Of a stretch of DNA of 64,000 bases, positions 53,286 through 62,608 are shown in pieces. The DNA lies in NCBI GenBank assembly GCA_963665665.1, contig OY762428.1:5120001-5184000 (forward strand). The letters are read 5' to 3'. The translations under genes and the position numbers were made by a program. The stretch is from Candidatus Kapaibacterium sp. Lineage in GTDB: Bacteria > Bacteroidota > Ignavibacteria > Kapaibacteriales > UBA2268. Below the pieces are notes generated by a model. That model saw only the letters and a program-made list of their open reading frames with translations. It did not search any database and was not told where the DNA came from. The number at the start of each line of letters is the position of its first letter. The first letter of the stretch is position 1.

Positions 53286-55184
53286 ATGAAAAGGAAAAAG
53301 CGGAAACAGGATGACGAACTTTTTGAATCCGACTGTGATTTTTCGGAAGAAGAATTGCCGGAGTTGGATTTTGACGACGGGCTTCAAATGATCCACGGTG
53401 AGGAGTTTTCTGCTGCTATTGAATTTTTTAATGAATATATTGAATACTATCCGAACACGCCGGAGGCATACTACAATATTGCTTATGCAAACTATCGGCT
53501 CGGATATTTCAACCTTGCAATTGAATATGCCGAAAAGGCCCTTGAAGCCGATCCTGATTACGCCATTGCATGTAATATGCTTGGATCACTTTACCAGGCA
53601 ACCGAGGATTTTGATAAAGCAGAGCAATATTATTTCAAGGCCATTGTAATCGAACCAGATATGTATGACGCTCAGTATAATCTGGCTCATTTACTTTTTG
53701 AGAATGGGAAATATCAGGATTCAATTAAGGCATTCAATGAATGTATCCGCCTGAACAGGAAAGATGCCGACAATCACTTTTACCTTGGTATGGCATATTA
53801 CAGAATGGAGAGCCCTGATAAAGCGATAAAAGCCTTCGAAAAAACGATAAGCATTGATAAATCATATATCGAAGCTTATAATAATTTGTCTGTTTTATAT
53901 TATTCAGAATCAAGAATCGACAAAGCCCGGGATGTACTTTACAGGCTTCTGAAATATGATCCGGATTACTATGAAGCATACTATAAACTTGGGATGCTTT
54001 ATTATCGGGAAGAACAATACGAAGCTGCAATAAGAATGCTCCAAAGGGCAGTTGAATTAAGGCCCGTCAGTTACGATGCTCATGTTAAACTTGCATTATC
54101 ACTGTATCATAACGGATTATATTACCAGGCGATAAGGAATTTCGAAGAGGCCTTTGAACTTAATAAATCATTCACCGAAGGTAAATTCGAATATGGGGTA
54201 TCGAGTTTTTCGGTTGGGTATTTCGATCAGGCAGTAAGAATATTCGGAGCTTTACTCGCAAATGACCCCGAGAATTACGATATTCTTGTATGGTACGGCA
54301 ATTCACTAATTAGAATTGGCGAATACGAGGATGCAATAAATGTTTTCATAAAAGCCGAATCAGTTGCTGAGGCAAATGCAGCACTATATATATCCATGGG
54401 ATCGGCATATAAACAGCTCGGACGATTTGACAATGCAATCGAATCATATAAAAATGCCTGCGCAGTGGAACCGGATTCTGCCGATTCTTATGTTTCACTT
54501 GGCTCTTTATATATTCATGTTGCAAAAGAAACTGATAATAAAACTTTATACAGGGATGCTATAATAGTTCTCGAAAAAGCTTACGGCCTGACAGGTGGTA
54601 CTTTTGAATCCAGCCTTCACCTTGGTATTGCCTACGACTGCCTTGGGCAATACAATGACGCTATCAAGCATTTTCAGCTTGCCAAGAAGTATAATCGTAA
54701 TTCTGCTGTTGTACTTTATCATATTTCATTATGTCAGGCTCACGAAGGTAATTTTGCTCCGGCAATGAAAAATCTTAAAAAGGTTGTTGAATTAAAACCT
54801 GATCTTATTTCGGCCATTTATCATCTCGGGGTTATCTACACTTATGTTGGCAGGTATGACAGGGCAAAAGACTCCTTACGAACATGTATCAGGATGAAAC
54901 CTGATTTTACTCATGCCTACAACACACTTGGAATAGTTTATCTAAATTCCGAGGAATATGAAAATGCCGCCAGCCTTTTCCGCCAGTGTATAGAAATGGA
55001 TGCTTCCTATGTCGATCCGCTCTACAACCTTGGCGTAACTTATGTTGAAATGGATTGGAAAGTTGATGCAAAAGCTGTTTATAATGAACTTAAGGACAAA
55101 GATAAAGAAAAAGCAGCTTCCCTTCTGCGCCAGATAGAAGGTGGAAAGAAACTGGACCTGATCGATCCTCCAATGCTGGATTGA
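53286..55184 (+). CDS. Tetratricopeptide repeat protein
   Basis: Acidic N-terminus followed by continuous TPR repeats. Confidence 0.9.
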   Translation: MKRKKRKQDDELFESDCDFSEEELPELDFDDGLQMIHGEEFSAAIEFFNEYIEYYPNTPEAYYNIAYANYRLGYFNLAIEYAEKALEADPDYAIACNMLGSLYQATEDFDKAEQYYFKAIVIEPDMYDAQYNLAHLLFENGKYQDSIKAFNECIRLNRKDADNHFYLGMAYYRMESPDKAIKAFEKTISIDKSYIEAYNNLSVLYYSESRIDKARDVLYRLLKYDPDYYEAYYKLGMLYYREEQYEAAIRMLQRAVELRPVSYDAHVKLALSLYHNGLYYQAIRNFEEAFELNKSFTEGKFEYGVSSFSVGYFDQAVRIFGALLANDPENYDILVWYGNSLIRIGEYEDAINVFIKAESVAEANAALYISMGSAYKQLGRFDNAIESYKNACAVEPDSADSYVSLGSLYIHVAKETDNKTLYRDAIIVLEKAYGLTGGTFESSLHLGIAYDCLGQYNDAIKHFQLAKKYNRNSAVVLYHISLCQAHEGNFAPAMKNLKKVVELKPDLISAIYHLGVIYTYVGRYDRAKDSLRTCIRMKPDFTHAYNTLGIVYLNSEEYENAASLFRQCIEMDASYVDPLYNLGVTYVEMDWKVDAKAVYNELKDKDKEKAASLLRQIEGGKKLDLIDPPMLD

Positions 55185-55226
55185 TCTATAGTGCTACATG
55201 CTACATTAATTGCTGAATCAGCTAAT

Positions 55227-56588
55227 CTATTCTCGGTTCTTAATATCATTTATTTTGATAAGTTTAAATACTCCGGCGGACACGGTTTCGAAAATAAATT
55301 CTTTATCCAGCCTTTTATATTCCCAAACTTCAAATGATTTCTCTCCGGTAAGCTTTACATCCTTTTTATCCGGTTTGCCATATAGCATGTAAACCTTGCC
55401 CATATCGGTACGTGCGCCGTCATTTACGGCCATAGTACGGTAATTATAGAAAGCAAAATCCGCCCGGCTGAAATATTCAGCCATGGCCTCGTTGTAAGGT
55501 GTATTCTTTGATGGATCGTGGTCGGTCCAGTATGCAAGCAGCTTTGCTACCATTTCATCATCCGATCCTGAATCCATTGCGTCGAATTCTTCTTCGGTCA
55601 GGATATAATACATCAGAGAAACCGCATAGTCCGCTGAGGAACTATAATCAATACTTCTTAAGGATAACGGCATATCAGCCCATTCCACAAGGAATGTATC
55701 ACGCATTACTTCATTTTTACCATCGCGAAAAACGAAAAGGTACTCGCCGGGAACCATTTCCTCTGCAGGCAGTTTCACGAGATAATAACCGTTTTTCAGG
55801 TTGCCGGCATCGCTGCCTTTTACCGAGAATTCGTTATTTGAATAATCTTCAACATTAAGTTCCATCCCGCGGAATATTTCAGCTGATCCCGATAAATCAA
55901 CATTTTCATTCCATTGCAGCAGCTGGCTTACCGAGCGCATTTTACTTACTTCGAAAAATAGCGGGTCAAGCCCTGCTTTCTTGCGTGCGGTAACGATAAT
56001 TGCAGGTCGGGGAGAGGTAAAAGAAATTTTATCCTCAAGTATGAACGGCGTAAAGAAATTTCCAGTCATGGAAACTTCCGCGAAAATCGGCGCTGAATAG
56101 AAATTACCGTCTTTATCAACCTTTGTATTCAGCTTGATCTTTGTCTTCATCAGCTTGTTGCCTGTTTCGCCAAGAACGCTCAGTTCCGGTTTGTAATTGT
56201 CGTTAGGCAGCGTTTTTTCGATATAGCCGCGAATAAATTTGGTTTTGGAGTTAGTTTCCTCAAATTCATCAACAATTGTATTTGAAGAGTGTTTGGATCG
56301 GCTGATAATGATACCGTCGCTGTCGGCAAAGCTGATCTCGACAGTGGTTTCGTTTTTATATTTTTTTTCGTCATCGATCTGTTTGAACGGCAGGGCATCG
56401 TACATAATCCTGTAAAATACGAGAATTTTCACGGAGTCCGGGCTTTCGGAGGGAACAACGTGGGCTTCGGCAAAGAAAGGATCGCCGAAGTTATAATAGA
56501 ACCTGCGGTCTTCGGGCAGATTGCTTTGTGCGAAGATATTCAAAGCGAAAGCAAAGGAGAGGAATGTCAGCAGAATAATTTTTTTCAT
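55227..56588 (-). CDS. GWxTD domain protein
   Basis: Signal peptide; YW...DP..TP.NE...EYF.R...A...GARTDMGKVYMLYGKPD...EVW.Y. Confidence 0.85.
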   Translation of the reverse strand: MKKIILLTFLSFAFALNIFAQSNLPEDRRFYYNFGDPFFAEAHVVPSESPDSVKILVFYRIMYDALPFKQIDDEKKYKNETTVEISFADSDGIIISRSKHSSNTIVDEFEETNSKTKFIRGYIEKTLPNDNYKPELSVLGETGNKLMKTKIKLNTKVDKDGNFYSAPIFAEVSMTGNFFTPFILEDKISFTSPRPAIIVTARKKAGLDPLFFEVSKMRSVSQLLQWNENVDLSGSAEIFRGMELNVEDYSNNEFSVKGSDAGNLKNGYYLVKLPAEEMVPGEYLFVFRDGKNEVMRDTFLVEWADMPLSLRSIDYSSSADYAVSLMYYILTEEEFDAMDSGSDDEMVAKLLAYWTDHDPSKNTPYNEAMAEYFSRADFAFYNYRTMAVNDGARTDMGKVYMLYGKPDKKDVKLTGEKSFEVWEYKRLDKEFIFETVSAGVFKLIKINDIKNRE

Positions 56589-56951
56589 GAACCTTACCGT
56601 AAATAATTATTTCAATTTTCCTATAAAACGATTCTGTTTGTTTATTATTAACAAATCTATGGAATAATTAGTTACGAACTAAGAAAGATTTTGTTTGGGA
56701 GGGTGGGGGAGATTAGAAAAAAACTCTATTATGTACAAATTCCTCTCCTCCGATTTGTATTCCTGATTAGCTTTGTGTAATTTATTGAAAATTGTACTGT
56801 ATTTTTACCAGGATAAATTATAATACTAATAGTCATTCTTATATTACTGCTCTTATTGCCTCCTGTGATATGTAGAGAACCAGAAATACTAATACTTCCG
56901 GGGATAGCAGTAATGAAAAAAACACATTGCTCACAATCATGAAGGTTAAAA

Positions 56952-57620
56952 ATGAAAAGGAAAAATGATAATCAAACGCGGATCAATTCAGCGCTGAAAA
57001 TTTTTGTTGCTTTTATACTGATTGGCTTTACGCTTGGCGCAACGGGATGTTCGCAGAGGAATGTTTATTCAAGCGGGCTTAGCGAGCCGATGAACTTTTC
57101 CAAAAGAAAAGTGATGTACAGTATGAAATACCTGTTTCCAACGAACCAGCCGGACAGTATTCATGCTAAAGTAATACAAATTGCCAAAAAATTCGACGGC
57201 TATATCGTCGAGCAATCAAACGATTTGACTACTATCAGGATACCTTCGAAAAATCAGATCGAAGCAGTTTCAATTATCGAGGGCATGGGAGAAATTGCTA
57301 ATAAGCAGGTATGGGGAAAGGATGTAACCGAGGAATACCAGGATTTGAATATTAAGCTTGAAACCCTGGAAAAAACCAGGAAAAGATATCTTGAATTGCT
57401 TGCCAAGGCCGAAAATGTTACGGCTACGCTTGAAGTGGAAAAAGAACTGGAACGGGTAAACAAAGAAATTGACCTGATAAAGGGGAGACTTGCAAATATG
57501 ACGCACCTGATAGAATATATTACTATTGAAGTAAGAACTGAAAAACCTGTCAGGCCCGGCCCCATAGGATGGATATTTTATGGCCTTTACAAAGGCGTAT
57601 CCTGGCTTTTTGTATGGTAA
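56952..57620 (+). CDS. DUF4349 domain lipoprotein
   Basis: Lipobox ATGC; TIRIPS, DVTEEYQD, L.VEKEL.RV..EI. Confidence 0.85.
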   Translation: MKRKNDNQTRINSALKIFVAFILIGFTLGATGCSQRNVYSSGLSEPMNFSKRKVMYSMKYLFPTNQPDSIHAKVIQIAKKFDGYIVEQSNDLTTIRIPSKNQIEAVSIIEGMGEIANKQVWGKDVTEEYQDLNIKLETLEKTRKRYLELLAKAENVTATLEVEKELERVNKEIDLIKGRLANMTHLIEYITIEVRTEKPVRPGPIGWIFYGLYKGVSWLFVW

Positions 57621-57890
57621 AATAAATAATTTTACCTTGAAGAGGGATATAAAAGAAATGTTATTATTTTAAATCTGCTATCATAATTTTATGATGCTCT
57701 ATAACTGATAATTCGATTTCTTTGTATTCCTGACCTTTCACTTCCGGATTAGATATCTTTGAAACTGAAATAATATCCAACATGCTCAATGAGTTGTGTA
57801 CTCTGGCACGGGCATTGCAATTATATCCCTGACAAATGATTATAAATTTGTAAATAGGGATGAAATATGGAATTAGAAAAAATAGCCGGA

Positions 57891-58946
57891 ATGAATAAGG
57901 GGATAAAATCATACAGATGGATAATATTATCCGCACTTGTGTTTGTGGTTTTATTAAATTCCTGCACACAGTTGAGGAGCGTAAGGCATTATGCCGGCCC
58001 TTATGTTGTGAAGAAAGAGGCCGGAGGAGTGGAAATACCAACAGATGACGCGAAGGCAATTCAGGTAAACCCTGATGATCCGAAACTTAAACAGAACAGG
58101 GATATACTGGCAAAGCTTGAAGAATTTCGCGAAATGGCTGAAAAACAACAATCCGGGGAAGGCCTGAAACCCGAAGAGGGTCTGCTTGCAACAAGCGATA
58201 ACAGGCCCGTGAAATCGGTTCGCAGAAGGCTGCCGACCCTAAGGGAACAGATGAGGGAAATAGCCGACAAACAGGTTGCAATGGAATCAAGGCTGAATAA
58301 TATCGAAGGAGATATCAGCGATATAAGGGGAGATATTGCGTCAATTAACAGGAAACTTGACAATATTACAACCCGGGACGCAGGAGCTATTGCAGGCGTG
58401 CAGCAAAAAAGGGCAGAGAATCCGAATTATGCTTCCCAGACATTTTTCGATGACGAAGACATTATTCTTCCTGAAGAAATGGAAGAACCAAAAGCAAAAG
58501 CCAAACCGAAGAAAACTGTTAAAACTGATCAGGCTAAAATCCATGATGATCCGAAACCTGCTGCTAACACAAACCAGGAGCAACAAAAGGAAAAACTCGC
58601 GGCTATTGCTAAAAATGTAGAAAGTAAAGATTACAGCAATGCGCTGAATTCATTGAATAAACTTCTGAAAGAATCTGAAAACCCGACAATAATCGTTAAT
58701 TGTCATTACTGGATTGGCGAATCGTACTTCGGACTGGAACAATTCGAAGATGCAATTGAGCATTTCAAGATGGTTGTTGATTCAAAAATACCTGATAATA
58801 AACCGAAAGCCAGGATAATGATAGCGGAGTCTTTGATACGTACCGGAAAAGTTAAGGAAGCAAAGAAGGAATATTCCACGCTTATTGCAAATCATCCGTC
58901 AAGCGAATATGTTCCCGATGCAAGGAAAATGCTTCAGAAACTGTAA
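57891..58946 (+). CDS. CpoB/YbgF-like lipoprotein (coiled coil plus TPR)
   Basis: Lipobox LNSC; coiled coil; HYWIGESYF...F..VV...K.KA...HPSSEY. Confidence 0.75.
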   Translation: MNKGIKSYRWIILSALVFVVLLNSCTQLRSVRHYAGPYVVKKEAGGVEIPTDDAKAIQVNPDDPKLKQNRDILAKLEEFREMAEKQQSGEGLKPEEGLLATSDNRPVKSVRRRLPTLREQMREIADKQVAMESRLNNIEGDISDIRGDIASINRKLDNITTRDAGAIAGVQQKRAENPNYASQTFFDDEDIILPEEMEEPKAKAKPKKTVKTDQAKIHDDPKPAANTNQEQQKEKLAAIAKNVESKDYSNALNSLNKLLKESENPTIIVNCHYWIGESYFGLEQFEDAIEHFKMVVDSKIPDNKPKARIMIAESLIRTGKVKEAKKEYSTLIANHPSSEYVPDARKMLQKL

Positions 58947-58965
58947 TATATATCATTCAAAAATC

Positions 58966-59005
58966 AAAAGCCGATTCGGAGATATAAATTCGTATCGGTT
59001 TTTTT
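58966..59005 (+). terminator. Probable terminator after the CpoB-like gene
   Basis: AAAAGCCGAT...ATCGGTTTTTTT. Confidence 0.55.
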
Positions 59006-59497
59006 ATTTCCACTGTAATACCACCTTGTTCTAAAGCAAAGAAAGAAAACCACCCCCTTCCTTCGGACTCATCGGGGCCGGCGGAGGACAGCTAACGTTG
59101 TCATTCTGACCAAGCTTGCGACTGAAGAATCCATCTTTGTTTGCAGATAGTGTATGAAGAATCCACCCCGTCTCGCTGCGCTCGCCACCCCTCAACGAGG
59201 GGAATTTTTCCGGAAATCCACCCCGCCCTTATACTCGCATCTAAGCCCCTGCTTAGATGTGATGTTTTCTTTTTTTCCCAGTGGTATTTGCCTTCCCAAG
59301 CGGGGCTTGGGAAGGAGTATAAAATCAGCCATCCCGAAAGCGGCGTAGCCGCGACATTTTTGTAGAAAGGCGAATCCGGAAAGGACAACACCCCCGTCGG
59401 GGCGGCATTGGCAAAAGATTGTGTCGCTCCTACGGAGCTTTTTGAAATAATGACTGACAAAATATCTACAAAAATTCCGCTCCTACGGAGCTTTTTC

Positions 59498-60127
59498 CCT
59501 TCTTCCGAAGGATCTGGCCGGGGGTAGGTAGGAAGGGTCGGAAGCAAAGCACCAAAGTTTTAACTTATTGCTGCCCTATTCTTCTTCAAAGCCCTTCCCT
59601 TCGGGGAGGGTTTGGGAGGGGTCAGAAGCATTGCACCGATGGTTGAAGATAATGGCGCACTGACCAGAAGCAAAGAAAGAAAACCACCCCTGTATTCCCC
59701 TCCTACATTAGGAGGGGATAAGAAATTAAATATCATAGAATTAACTCCCCCTTCTTCCGAAGGATCTGGCCGGGGGTAGGTAGGAAGGGTCGGAAGCAAA
59801 GCACCAAAGTTTTAACTTATTGCTGCCCTATTCTTCTTCAAAGCCCTCCCCTTCGGGGAGGGTTTGGGAGGGGTCAGAAGCATTGCACCGATGGTTGAAG
59901 ATAATGGCGCACTGACCAGAAGCAAAGCAAGAAAACCACCCCTGTATTCCCCTCCTACTTTAGGAGGGGATAAGAAGTTAAATATCATAGAATTAACTCC
60001 CCCTCCTTCCGAAGGAGGGGGCCGGGGGGAGGTAGGAAGGGTCGAAAGCAAAGCACCGATTGTTTGGGATATTGGCGCACTATTCTTCTTCAAAGCCCTC
60101 CCCTTCGGGGAGGGTTTGGGAGGGGTC
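59498..60127. repeat. 252-bp tandem repeat (about 2.5 copies) of hairpin modules and 21-bp units
   Basis: TTCCGAAGGA at 59503, 59755 and 60007; GRAAGCAAAGCACC at 59540, 59792 and 60044. Confidence 0.93.
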
Positions 60128-60190
60128 AGAAGCAATGCAACGATGTTTGATGATAATGAACTCTTGGTTGAAGTTATTGCAGCATTGTTT

Positions 60191-60337
60191 TGCTTTATTG
60201 ATGCCTTGGTCGGAGTTATTGATGCCTTGGTCGGAGTTATTGATGCCTTGGTCGAAGTCATTGATGCCTTGGTCGGAGTTATTGATGCCTTGGTCGGAGT
60301 TATTGACGCCTTGGTTGAAGTCATTGACGCCTTGGTT
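60191..60337 (-). repeat. 21-bp tandem array A, 7 near-pure units
   Basis: GRAGTYATTGAYGCCTTGGTY units at 60191 ... 60317 (the first is degenerate at its 5' end). Confidence 0.95.
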
Positions 60338-60353
60338 GAAGTCATTGATTATA

Positions 60354-60773
60354 ATCAGTAAGGTCAACCAAGCTGTCAGTAAGGTCAACCAAGCTGTCAG
60401 TAAGGTCAACCAAGCTGTCAGTAAGGTCAACCAGGCTGTCAGTAAGGTCAACCAGGCTGTCAGTAAGGTCAACCAAGCTGTCAGTAAGGTCAACCAGGCT
60501 GTCAGTAAGGTCAACCAAGTGTTCAGTAAGATCAACCAAGTGTTCAGTAAGATCAACCAAGTGTTCAGTAAAGCCAACCAAGTGTTCAATAAGGTCAACC
60601 AAGTGTTCAGTAAAGCCAACCAAGTGTTCAATAAGGTCAACCAAGTGTTCAGTAAGATCAACCAAGTGTTCAGTAAAGCCAACCAAGTGTTCAATAAGGT
60701 CAACCAAGTGTTCAGTAAAGCCAACCAAGTGTTCAATAAGGTCAACCAAGTGTTCAGTAAGATCAACCAAGTG
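60354..60773 (+). repeat. 21-bp tandem array B, 20 units
   Basis: 420 bp of variants of TCAGTAAGGTCAACCAAG(CTG/TGT). Confidence 0.95.
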
Positions 60774-61459
60774 TTCAATGAGGCCAAATTTCACTACATT
60801 AAGGCCAAACAGTAGTTCAATACCACCGGCAAAGGCAGTTTAAAGCCCTGCCAACAAAGCGTTTAGCCCAAACATCAGGATTCTGGTTCAAAACAGCGTT
60901 GAATTAAGGAAATTATCCGGTTCATTGAAACCACAGGATAGGGAATTAAGTCCGGCGGCCTGTTCATTGGGGTGGAAGAACGGGGAGTAAGGGACAGTTG
61001 ACGTTGTCATTCCCCGACCAGTCACCGAAAAATCGGGAATTTGCCCACCGCCAGCGAGGAACATTCCCATCCGTCATTCTGACGGAGCGAAGCGACCGAA
61101 GAATCCATGCAAAATAGCAGATAATTTATGAAGAATGGATTCTTCGCTGGCGCTCAGAATGACATCCCAGCCTTATAATCGTCAAATTCAATTGCCACGT
61201 GCTTTAGCTCGTGGATAAAGTAGGCTAAGAAAAAGAATCCACCCCTGCCTGTCCCGACGTGTCGGGAACTCGCTGCGCTCGCCACCCCTCAACGAGGGGA
61301 ATTTTTCCGGAAATCCACCCCCGCCCTTCGGGCACCCCCGCCAGCGGGGGACAGGTGGCTTCTTCCAATTTTTAATTCTTAATTGTCAATTATCAATTAG
61401 GAACGAATTCTTCGCTGGCGTACAGGATGACAGCACTTCCGCCAGTGGGGAAGAGGGAA

Positions 61460-62608
61460 TTATACTTCTTCAATACTAACGTATTTGCCTTTTTCGCGCA
61501 GGCGACATGCTATCAGGCGGACTACGCGGTCGCGCTTTATAAGGCCCATCTGGCGAAATCGTATATTTGAATCGGCGGGATTAATGCCGCGTCCGAGTAT
61601 AAAATTAATCCGGTCGGAAGAATGAATGATATCGTAGAGCTTGGTAACGGGGTTGTCCTCGTCGAAAACTTCCCGGTCTTCGTCCAGCAGGTTGAAAAGC
61701 TGGTTCAGGGTCATAACTCCCTCGCACACAAGGTCTATACCATTAATTCGGCTTTCCGGCGGCGTCAGGTCGTCTGTGGCAATGCCCGTGTTTTGAATTT
61801 CGTTTCCTGTATACTCTGAAACGATCCGTGCGGTAGTGGCTCCGCAGATCACTTTCCTGCCGGGGCCGGCAAGGAATTTCTGAACGGTGAATTTGTCGTT
61901 GGACTGCCTTGCGGGCGGGCCCGTGAAGATATTTGTAATGTTTGCTTCCGTGGTTCTGACGGCAAGGATAGTATAGTCGTCCTGGTTTGTGCCCCCGCAT
62001 ATTTCCAGGGATTTTTTCCTGATCATTTTTACTAAGGACCTTTTGCTTGAACTTCCAAGCAGAGAAGTAAAAATGAAATCGTTAAGGCCTTCTTCGCCCC
62101 ATCCCAGAGGGTATCCCATTCCGAGGCCTGCCTGTGTTATGCCATCGCTCACACATAGCAGCCCCATACCGGAATCAAGCCATCCGTTAAATTCGGATGT
62201 TACTTTTTCTCCTATCGTTCTTGTTCTGCCTTTCAGAATTTTCGACTGATTAGAGTATAACAATATTGGCGAGGGCATATCATAGTTGAAGATGGAAAAA
62301 GATCCGTCGTTGAGTATCCGCATTATCATGAACACAGCGTAAGGCAGATTGTTTTCAACAGCGCTATTCATTGTTTCTGCTACTTTCCTGAAAGCTTTTC
62401 GCAGGTGGGTTCCGCCGCGGACAAGTTCTTTGAGCCTTGAAATGCAGAGCAGTGCCGCAATATTTGCTTTCACCCCCGAACCCAGCCCGTCAGCAATAAT
62501 TACCAATGTACCCTTGTCATCCCTGAGATAATCCCAGGCATCGCCGCAGGGCTGCCCCGGATACTTAGAGTCCTGCAGGCAGTCTATTTTGCAGTGAAGA
62601 TATCCCAT
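61460..62608 (-). CDS. SpoIIE/PP2C-type serine-threonine phosphatase (hydrogenase-sensor-associated type)
   Basis: CGDA, IADGLGSGVKANIAA, VSDGITQAGLG, DDYT, GPP....D, VICGATTA, EGVMTL. Confidence 0.88.
   Translation of the reverse strand: MGYLHCKIDCLQDSKYPGQPCGDAWDYLRDDKGTLVIIADGLGSGVKANIAALLCISRLKELVRGGTHLRKAFRKVAETMNSAVENNLPYAVFMIMRILNDGSFSIFNYDMPSPILLYSNQSKILKGRTRTIGEKVTSEFNGWLDSGMGLLCVSDGITQAGLGMGYPLGWGEEGLNDFIFTSLLGSSSKRSLVKMIRKKSLEICGGTNQDDYTILAVRTTEANITNIFTGPPARQSNDKFTVQKFLAGPGRKVICGATTARIVSEYTGNEIQNTGIATDDLTPPESRINGIDLVCEGVMTLNQLFNLLDEDREVFDEDNPVTKLYDIIHSSDRINFILGRGINPADSNIRFRQMGLIKRDRVVRLIACRLREKGKYVSIEEV

Larger units (their letters stand above)
59011..61455. repeat. Composite palindromic 21-bp-lattice element, copy 2
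   Basis: REP-like modules, a 252-bp tandem repeat, array A, palindromic axis, array B, 210-bp tail and further REP-like modules. Confidence 0.92.

Noticed and set aside
57664-58059. 131-aa minus-strand ORF
   Set aside because: It overlaps the CpoB-like gene in antisense, and the remaining short part has no supporting motif.
59101-59799. Short ORFs across the REP-like modules (also 31799-32044, 32541-32993, 50202-50583)
   Set aside because: They are translations of palindromic repeats that recur in different frames and strands, with no protein-family motifs.
60346-60357. Axis as a hairpin-telomere (protelomerase/ResT) site
   Set aside because: The ATTATAAT core is only superficially similar, copy 1 has a different core, and no telomere resolvase gene is in the window. 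Kept only as a remote hypothesis.
60191-60773. 21-bp arrays as a CRISPR array
   Set aside because: The units are contiguous with no unique spacers between constant repeats, and there are no cas genes in the window.
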